Shown one piece after another: positions 57,279 through 64,000 of a stretch of 64,000 nt of DNA (position 1 is the first letter of the stretch; every line of letters begins with the position of its first letter). Where the stretch lies: positions 524-64,523 of the forward strand of contig DCJQ01000017.1 of assembly GCA_002319965.1 (NCBI GenBank), in the 5' to 3' direction. The notes below the pieces were generated by a model that was not told where the DNA came from, made no database searches, and was given only the letters and a program-made list of their open reading frames with translations. The DNA comes from Megasphaera sp. UBA1696 (lineage in GTDB: Bacteria; Bacillota; Negativicutes; Veillonellales; Megasphaeraceae). Position numbers and translations under genes: made by a program.

Positions 57279-58154
57279 ATGAAGGTCAACGGAAATGGAC
57301 AAGTCATGCTGGCCGGCATCCTATGGGGGACCATCGGCATCTTTATTTGGTATATGGAAAAGGCCGGGGCATCCGTCGAATGGATCAGTTTCTTACGGGT
57401 GTTTTTTTCATGGCTCATCTTAGTGGCCTTCGTCGGTTGGCGAAACGGCCCGGCTTCGATGAAGGTGACGCCTAAAATCATGGTCTACTGCGCCCTGTTA
57501 GGACTCATCTGTCACGGTATCTATAATATTTTTTACAGCCTGGCCGTCACGTCCATCGGCGTGTCCCTCAGTGCCGTCCTGCTCAATGTGGCCACCGTTT
57601 TTACAGCCGTCTTTTCAGCCCTCTTCTTTCAGGAACAGATTACACCTTTGAAAGGGCTGGCGCTGGCCATCAACATCGTCGGCTGCATCCTGGCCGTTAC
57701 CGGCGGCACCTTTGACCTTTCGGTACTTTCCCTGTGGGGCCTTGGCTGCGGCATCATGGCCGGCCTCTGTTATGGCCTGACGGCTATCATCGGCAAGGTC
57801 GCAGGTCACGGCACCGACGCCTTCGTCATGAGCCTGTGGAGTTTCTTTTGGGCCGCCCTATGCCTCCTCGTTTGGATTCTATGGCAAGGAGGGCCCATGG
57901 TCATGACGCCGTCCGTGTTAGGAATGGGCTTTTTCTACGCCCTCATTCCGACTGTCTTGGGCTATATCCTGTATTACCTGGGCCTTCAGCAAATCGATGA
58001 CCTGAGCAAAGTCCCCGTCCTGGCCTCCTTAGAAACAGCCGCCGCCGTCATCCTGGGCATGAGCCTTACCGGCGACATCCTGAACCTGATAAATTTCCTC
58101 GGCATCGCCCTCATCATCGCGTCCCAGTGGTTGATCGGGAAAAGCCGCCGATAA
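57279..58154 (+). CDS. EamA/DMT family transporter
   Basis: AGILWGTIG, about 10 TM, LASLETAAAV. Confidence 0.88.
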   Translation: MKVNGNGQVMLAGILWGTIGIFIWYMEKAGASVEWISFLRVFFSWLILVAFVGWRNGPASMKVTPKIMVYCALLGLICHGIYNIFYSLAVTSIGVSLSAVLLNVATVFTAVFSALFFQEQITPLKGLALAINIVGCILAVTGGTFDLSVLSLWGLGCGIMAGLCYGLTAIIGKVAGHGTDAFVMSLWSFFWAALCLLVWILWQGGPMVMTPSVLGMGFFYALIPTVLGYILYYLGLQQIDDLSKVPVLASLETAAAVILGMSLTGDILNLINFLGIALIIASQWLIGKSRR

Positions 58155-58427
58155 TCGCTGCGTACTTAGTATAAAGGTGATTCTGTCTCGTCGTGACGAT
58201 TGGGAAGCCTTCCCCAATTTAGCGAAAGCGATGAATCGACTTTCTAAGAAATTTCGGTTGTGCCGGGCATCTTTATTTGGAGCCCGATTTACGAAACGGA
58301 TACCTCATCCGATATTAAAGTTTGTCATGACGATCATCCCCGGTATCGGAGCCGTAGTCCTATTTACGGGAGGATAAAACACCGCTCTCTAGAAGGCGTT
58401 TTTCCGGAAGGCCGGGTACATTTACAG

Positions 58428-58492
58428 GCTCTCCTTGAGGCAGGTCTGAGACATCATAATTTCTCAGGCTGCTTGAAGGGGAGTATTTTTTA
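58428..58492 (+). terminator. Long hairpin / terminator
   Basis: CTCTCCTT-GAGGCAG-GTCTGAGA...TCTCAGG-CTGCTT-GAAGGGGAG followed by T-tract. Confidence 0.6.
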
Positions 58493-58768
58493 TGTGTGAA
58501 AATCGTGCAGCCATAAATGATTGCTGCAACATTCGGGCGTATTACCCCCCCTGATGGAAGGGAAGGCCGGCGAGGGGGTGGTATATAAAAAATATCATCG
58601 GCTATCGGCGGCGGAAATGATGTATGTTATATTTTCAAGTGTATACTTGACGGACAGCTGTTCACGATATCGTCATTCTTGTATTTTTTTCAGCATCCCA
58701 AAGCAGATGCGGCAAAGGGTTCCGTGATTTATTGAAAGTGAATATCTTATGCGTTTCGATGGTCGCCG

Positions 58769-58826
58769 TTTCCGTAAATTGCGGAAATAAAACCGTCTAT
58801 GATGTAAATACGGAAACTGTTATAAT
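58769..58826 (+). promoter_or_regulatory. Inverted-repeat operator plus extended -10 promoter of the PRD regulator
   Basis: TTTCCG-N7-CGGAAA (58769-58787) and TG-T-TATAAT (-10 at 58821). Confidence 0.55.
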
Positions 58827-58860
58827 AAAATGAACAATATTATGCATATATATCATAATA

Positions 58861-58928
58861 TTACGGTATGCACGGCGTTGTGGTATATACGATATTGCCG
58901 TATATACGCTGTTGCGGTATATACCGAT
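58861..58928 (+). repeat. 4 x 17-bp tandem repeat with palindromic GTATATAC core
   Basis: ttacggtatgcacggcg / ttgtggtatatacgata / ttgccgtatatacgctg / ttgcggtatataccgat. Confidence 0.75.
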
Positions 58929-58963
58929 ACCGAAATTTCCATACAAAAGGGGGAATTCGTTGT

Positions 58964-60889
58964 ATGGACAAAAATTTACGAAAGAAAAGGATCATAGAGC
59001 TTCTCATTACCCGTCCGGAAGGCATGACCGGTGAGGATATTGCCACGCATATCGGCGTTTCTTCCCGTACTGTCCGATCGGATATAAAAAAGTTACAGGA
59101 ATGGTTGCAGCCCTTTAAAAGCGAAATCATTGCTGCCCCCAATAAAGGATATCGATTGGAAGCGAAGGAACCGAGAGAAATGCTCCTTCAATTTTCTGAT
59201 GAATCTACGTCTCAGGTAGGTATGGTACAGTCTGTATCACAGCAGAATTATATTGTCGGTCGGTTTATCGTAGCCTGCCTCGACGATGATTCGGTTACGC
59301 AGATGAATCTTTCAGAAGCCATGCATGTCGGTATTTCGACGATAAAAAAATACCTTGCCGAAACGCGGCAGAAATTAGCGGAATGGAACCTGACATTGGA
59401 GCAGTATAAAACAGAAGGCCTGCGAATCGCCGGTGAAGAAGGAAATATCCGCAGCTTTATCGTCGATTATCTTCAAGAGGTGGAGAATCCCCTCGTTAAA
59501 GAACGGATTTTCTCGCATACGTCGGATGTACAGTATCAAGATCTGCTGCTGAATATTTCCGATGTCCGCAATCTGCCTTTTACTGATACGGCACAGCATA
59601 ACCTTATCGTACAGGTTGCCTTGTCGGTATTGCGGTCACAGCGGGGGCATACCCTGGCGATTACGTCCAGTCTGGCCCAAAAGCTGGAGGTATCCTTTGA
59701 GAACGAGACGGCAAAGAAAATCGCCAACAGCATTAACGAAAAGCTGTCCATCGATTTGCCCTTTAGCGAGGTATTTTACTTGACTCAGTGCCTCTTGACG
59801 GGGAAAAAGTTCCACGATGGTGAAACGGGATTGAACGATGATCACATCCGGCAATTGGTAGAAACCATACTGGACAGGGTCGATGAAAAGTTCGGTCTCG
59901 ATTTTAGCGACGATTCGTACTTGAAAGAAGGGCTCATGCTGCATTTGCGCATTGCTATTGCCCGTGTCCAGTTCCACATGGCCATACGGAATGAACTTCT
60001 AGAAACGGTAAAGCATGACTATCCCGTTCCCTTCCAGATTTCCGTCTATGCCGCAAAGGTTGTGAGCGATATCGAAGGGGTCCAGTTTAATGAAAATGAG
60101 ATCGGCTATATTGCCCTCCATTTTGGAGCTGCCATGAGCCGGAACAGCATGATGGATCTCGATGAAGTGAAACGGGTATATATCGTCTGCTCGGCAGGAC
60201 TTGGGGTTTCGATGCTTTTAAAGGCCAAGGTTCGGGAACATTTCCGCAACAGCATACAAGTCGTCGACGTCCTGCCTGCATACAAGGTGACCCAGGATAT
60301 CATCGATGATGCAGATTTTATCTTTTCTACGGTACCCTTACCGATGGAATCGCCGAAAATCTTAAGCGTCAACCACATGCTGCAAAAAGAAGATATCGAA
60401 AAAATCCAGCGCGTCGTCTTCCATCGTCAAGATGAAGTCGGCAGTGATGATTTGATGCGGGGCTTTTTCCATAGTAATTCCTTCTTCCTTGATAAGGATT
60501 TTAAAACGAGGGAAGAATGCTTGGAATTTCTCACGGATCAAGCCGTTCAAGGCGGCTATATGGATGAACAGAGCAAGCAATCCGTCTTTGAACGGGAACA
60601 ACTCAGCTCGACGGCCGTCGGCAGCCTGGCTGCCTTGCCTCATGCCATGGATACGGAACATGTCAAATCCAATATTTCTGTGCTGACCTTGCAAAAGCCC
60701 ATTCCTTGGGGCGACATGCAGGTACAGATCGTCTTTTTATTGACCATTGAACAAGAAAAATCGGCACTGTGGGAAAAGGTATTCTTGCGGCTGTACCATT
60801 TCATCAAAGACGGAAATGGTGCCGAGCAAATGCGGAAAATTCGGGATTTTGAACAATTTATGAACCTCTTTGCCGAGGTGATACCATAA
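58964..60889 (+). CDS. PRD-containing PTS-regulated transcriptional activator (MtlR/LicR type)
   Basis: HTH GVSSRTVRSDI, second HTH, PRD with LMLHL and EIGYIALHF, EIIB-like VCSAGLGVS, EIIA-like RE..SST...ALPH. Confidence 0.9.
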   Translation: MDKNLRKKRIIELLITRPEGMTGEDIATHIGVSSRTVRSDIKKLQEWLQPFKSEIIAAPNKGYRLEAKEPREMLLQFSDESTSQVGMVQSVSQQNYIVGRFIVACLDDDSVTQMNLSEAMHVGISTIKKYLAETRQKLAEWNLTLEQYKTEGLRIAGEEGNIRSFIVDYLQEVENPLVKERIFSHTSDVQYQDLLLNISDVRNLPFTDTAQHNLIVQVALSVLRSQRGHTLAITSSLAQKLEVSFENETAKKIANSINEKLSIDLPFSEVFYLTQCLLTGKKFHDGETGLNDDHIRQLVETILDRVDEKFGLDFSDDSYLKEGLMLHLRIAIARVQFHMAIRNELLETVKHDYPVPFQISVYAAKVVSDIEGVQFNENEIGYIALHFGAAMSRNSMMDLDEVKRVYIVCSAGLGVSMLLKAKVREHFRNSIQVVDVLPAYKVTQDIIDDADFIFSTVPLPMESPKILSVNHMLQKEDIEKIQRVVFHRQDEVGSDDLMRGFFHSNSFFLDKDFKTREECLEFLTDQAVQGGYMDEQSKQSVFEREQLSSTAVGSLAALPHAMDTEHVKSNISVLTLQKPIPWGDMQVQIVFLLTIEQEKSALWEKVFLRLYHFIKDGNGAEQMRKIRDFEQFMNLFAEVIP

Positions 60890-60964
60890 GGATCAACGAA
60901 GCTCCTGCTACAGGGCTGCGTCCCATATAAATCATAATATTTGAAAACGTAAGGAGATGTTACT

Positions 60965-61255
60965 ATGAATGCGAAAAAAACTGTTTTAATTGCCTGTGGT
61001 ACCGGCATTGCCACGTCTACGGTTGTCAGCACGGTTGTACAGAAAATTGCCAATGAAAACGATTTGAACGTGGATATCATCCAGTGCAAAATGATGGAAG
61101 TTCCGGGCTATGCAGACCGGGCCGACCTCTTGATTACGACGACGGTCGTCGATAAGGATCAATATAAGTTCCCTGTCATCGGCGGTCGGCCTTTCCTTAC
61201 GGGGATTGGAAAAGACAAGGTAATTGCGGAAATTGTTGAAGTACTCAAAGCATAA
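60965..61255 (+). CDS. PTS galactitol-type EIIB, copy 1
   Basis: LIACGTGIATST phosphorylation loop, PFLTGIG. Confidence 0.9.
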   Translation: MNAKKTVLIACGTGIATSTVVSTVVQKIANENDLNVDIIQCKMMEVPGYADRADLLITTTVVDKDQYKFPVIGGRPFLTGIGKDKVIAEIVEVLKA

Positions 61256-61517
61256 TATTACAGGGAGACCCTTTTTGAAAAGAGCGGCGGTGTCAAAACT
61301 GCCGCTTTTTTTATTTTTTAGGACAGGATTCTTTGTAAGCATTTTCCGCAATTCGATTTAGGAAATAAATCGGCGAATCGACTACGAAAAATTTCCGCAT
61401 GCGTGGAAGTAACTATAACTATGAGGGAAAGTTCTCACTTGGTATACTGTAGTCAGCTAAGGAGAAAGGCACACAACAGAACCATAAAAATTATCACATA
61501 AAGAAAAGAGGATGCAT

Positions 61518-61991
61518 ATGGATAGTACAATACAGCAGGAGCTCGTTCTCCTCAATGTAGAAGCCACAGACAAATTCGATTTATTAGAACAGTTAGCCTG
61601 TCATTTGCAAAAGCTGGGGTATGTCAAGGATAGCTATAAGGATGCTGTCATTGCCCGGGAAAAAGTCTTTGCTACGGGCCTGCCGACTGTCGCAGGGGGG
61701 GTAGCGATTCCCCATACGGATGCCGAACACGTAAATGAACCGGCCATCTGCTTCGCTCGTTTAACGAAGCCTGTCGACTTTGTCATCATGGGTGACGATG
61801 AAGAAACCGTTTCCGTCGATTTGGTGGTTATGTTAGCTATGAAAGAGCCGCACGCACAAATCGATCTCCTGCAGAACCTTATGGGAGTTTTCCAAGATGA
61901 GGATGCGCTTACCTATCTGAAAACGCAAAATGACAAACAGAACATCGTAAACTTCATAAAAGAACGTGTCTTTAACAACTCAGCAGAATAA
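61518..61991 (+). CDS. gatA: PTS EIIA (Gat/Fru-type)
   Basis: REKVFATGL, VAIPHTD, F.IMG. Confidence 0.82.
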   Translation: MDSTIQQELVLLNVEATDKFDLLEQLACHLQKLGYVKDSYKDAVIAREKVFATGLPTVAGGVAIPHTDAEHVNEPAICFARLTKPVDFVIMGDDEETVSVDLVVMLAMKEPHAQIDLLQNLMGVFQDEDALTYLKTQNDKQNIVNFIKERVFNNSAE

Positions 61992-62014
61992 TAGTGTATA
62001 AGGAGGAACTTATC

Positions 62015-62305
62015 ATGAATACGAAAAAAACAGTCTTAATTGCTTGTGGTACCGGTATTGCTACGTCTACGGTGGTCAACAGCGCCGTACAGAAAATTGC
62101 CAAGGAACATAACTTAGATATCAATATGATTCAGTGCAAAATGATGGAAGTACCCGGCTATGCCGATCGTGCCGATCTTTTGATCACGACGACCGTCGTC
62201 GATAAGGACCAGTATAAATTCCCCGTCATCGATGGCCGCCCCTTCCTTACGGGAATTGGAAAAGACAAAGCCATTGCAAAAATTATCGAAGAATTAAAAA
62301 GTTAA
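62015..62305 (+). CDS. gatB: PTS galactitol-type EIIB, copy 2
   Basis: LIACGTGIATST; RBS AAGGAGG. Confidence 0.85.
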   Translation: MNTKKTVLIACGTGIATSTVVNSAVQKIAKEHNLDINMIQCKMMEVPGYADRADLLITTTVVDKDQYKFPVIDGRPFLTGIGKDKAIAKIIEELKS

Positions 62306-62336
62306 TAGAGGTGTCTTATAAAGGAGGTTTCATAAA

Positions 62337-63611
62337 ATGGAACAATTAACACCCATGGTACAAGCGTTCTTAGCACTTGGCCCTACCGTTATTTTACCCG
62401 TATTTATTTTCTTCATCGGCTTACTGTTCCGTGTTAAACCGGCAGAATCCTTCCGCTCCGGCCTGACTATCGGCGTTGGTTTTGTAGGAATCAACTTGGT
62501 TGTCGCCTTGTTAGTCGACAACTTGGGACCGGCAGCACAAGCCATGGTTGCTAACTTCGGCATCCAGTTGACGGCTATCGATGTCGGCTGGCCGGGCTCG
62601 GCAAGTATTGCCTGGGCATCGCCGATCGCAGCTGCGATTCTCCCAATCGGCTTGTTAGTAAACTTCGTCATGTTGGTCACCAAGACGACCAAGACGATGG
62701 ACGTCGATATTTGGAACTACTGGCACTTCACGTTCTGCGGTGCCTGCGTTTATGCCTTGTCGAACAGCTTCATCATGGCTATCCTTGCCGCTGTTCTCTT
62801 CGAAATCGCCATCTTGAAAATCGCAGACTGGACGGCCCCTTATATGGAAACCTACTTCGGCCTCGAAGGGATTTCCGTACCGACCGGTTCGGCAGCTTCG
62901 TATGCAACTATTGGCGTTCCCCTTATCTGGCTTATCCAGAAGATTCCTTTCATTAAAGACCTCAAAGCAGACCCGGCTTCTATTCAGAAACGCTTCGGTA
63001 TCTTCGGCGAACCGATTTTCATGGGCTTGTTCTTAGGTATCATCATCGGTGCGCTTGCCGGCTATAACCCCGGTAAAATCATCCAGGTCGGCATGGCCAT
63101 GGCCGGCGTCATGGTTCTCATGCCGCGTATGGTTAAGCTTCTCATGGAAGGCTTGATTCCCATCTCGGAAGGGGCTCGTGAATTTTTACAGAAACGCTTT
63201 GGCGAAGATTCGGAAAATGCTAAGATTTACATCGGTCTCGACGCAGCGGTTACAACCGGTCATCCTGCTGTTATCGCAACGGCCCTGATTCTCGTCCCGC
63301 TTACCTTGTTAATGGCGGTTATCCTTCCCGGCAACATCGTGCTGCCCTTTGGCGACTTGGCGACCATTCCCTTCTTCGTCGCGATGATTGTAGCTGCCGC
63401 CCGCGGCAACATCATTCACTCCGTCATCGCCGGCGTCGTTGTAATCAGCATATCCTTACTCATTGCTTCGTTTATGGCTGAATTCCAGACGTCAATGGGC
63501 CTCATGGCACAGTTTAAGATGCCTGACGGTGCCGCTCTCATTTCTTCCATTGACCAGGCCGGCAACTTCGTCAACTTCATCATCTTCCAGATCTTTGCAT
63601 TGTTTGCATAA
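62337..63611 (+). CDS. gatC: PTS galactitol-type EIIC
   Basis: GVGFVGI, IDVGWP, DVDIWNYWH, GIFGEP, MPRMV..LMEGL.PISE, IGLD, LPFGDLA. Confidence 0.93.
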   Translation: MEQLTPMVQAFLALGPTVILPVFIFFIGLLFRVKPAESFRSGLTIGVGFVGINLVVALLVDNLGPAAQAMVANFGIQLTAIDVGWPGSASIAWASPIAAAILPIGLLVNFVMLVTKTTKTMDVDIWNYWHFTFCGACVYALSNSFIMAILAAVLFEIAILKIADWTAPYMETYFGLEGISVPTGSAASYATIGVPLIWLIQKIPFIKDLKADPASIQKRFGIFGEPIFMGLFLGIIIGALAGYNPGKIIQVGMAMAGVMVLMPRMVKLLMEGLIPISEGAREFLQKRFGEDSENAKIYIGLDAAVTTGHPAVIATALILVPLTLLMAVILPGNIVLPFGDLATIPFFVAMIVAAARGNIIHSVIAGVVVISISLLIASFMAEFQTSMGLMAQFKMPDGAALISSIDQAGNFVNFIIFQIFALFA

Positions 63612-63740
63612 TTATATGCCCGTGCAGGGCGTAAAACCGCCCTGCATCTATTTTTTTGACCATTTTTACGATATTTATCACTAAACATAGAATTTTAATT
63701 CATAAAATTGAATTTTTATTTTCAACAGGAGGTAGTTAAC

Positions 63741-64000
63741 ATGAAAGCACTCGTTAAGATGCAAGAAGGCGCAGGCAATTGGGCTGTTATCGATAAACCG
63801 GAACCGAAACCCGGCGAAGGCCAGGTAAAAATTAAGGTAGAGTATATTGGCATTTGCGGCAGTGATATTCACACTTATGAAGGCCACTACAACGTCAATG
63901 CCAAAGGGCTGACCATCGGTCACGAATTTGCCGGCGTCGTTGCGGAAGTAGGCCCTGGCGTGACAAACGTCAAGGTAGGCGACCGCGTCACCAGTGAAAC
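63741..64000 (+). CDS. Zinc-dependent (MDR) sugar-alcohol(-phosphate) dehydrogenase, N-terminal part (truncated)
   Basis: RBS AGGAGG; MKALVK...GICGSDIH...IGHEFAG...VGDRVTSE. Confidence 0.9.
   Translation, partial: MKALVKMQEGAGNWAVIDKPEPKPGEGQVKIKVEYIGICGSDIHTYEGHYNVNAKGLTIGHEFAGVVAEVGPGVTNVKVGDRVTSE

Noticed and set aside
58861-58928. Mini-CRISPR array
   Set aside because: The units are contiguous 17-mers without unique spacers, and no cas genes are in the window.

Overview
Chromosomal window of an anaerobic Firmicute. Gene order and content suggest a Negativicute such as Megasphaera, which is an inference. Most of it is core housekeeping: the 3' part of pyruvate:ferredoxin oxidoreductase, a stand-alone rpsD, moaB-cobU-cobS-cobC, pepQ-efp-asp23-nusB-tsaD-like-xseAB-ispA-tlyA-nadK-argR-recN, dapB-asd-dapA, three tRNAs, a polyamine-related trio (ureohydrolase, PaiA-like GNAT, PotE), two tandem thiolases, the L20 leader with infC-rpmI-rplT, tex, fur/perR, nfo-sbcDC, nrdDG, thiF and a PRD-activator/galactitol-type PTS cluster at the right edge. 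I found no transposase, integrase, prophage or CRISPR array. The most striking unexplained element is a ~450-nt non-coding segment (about 32720-33170) between potE and the thiolases. By hand it folds on the + strand into a multi-domain RNA with long-range helices, multi-way junctions, GAAA-containing loops and a possible pseudoknot, and it lacks the signature motifs of tmRNA, RNase P, SRP and group II introns. It is a candidate large ornate ncRNA. Other leads are two unannotated small proteins, a membrane-anchored and apparently catalytically dead DEDDh exonuclease, a Zn-ligand-poor S4 paralog, a duplicated EIIB, a 17-bp tandem palindromic array and a MITE-like element.
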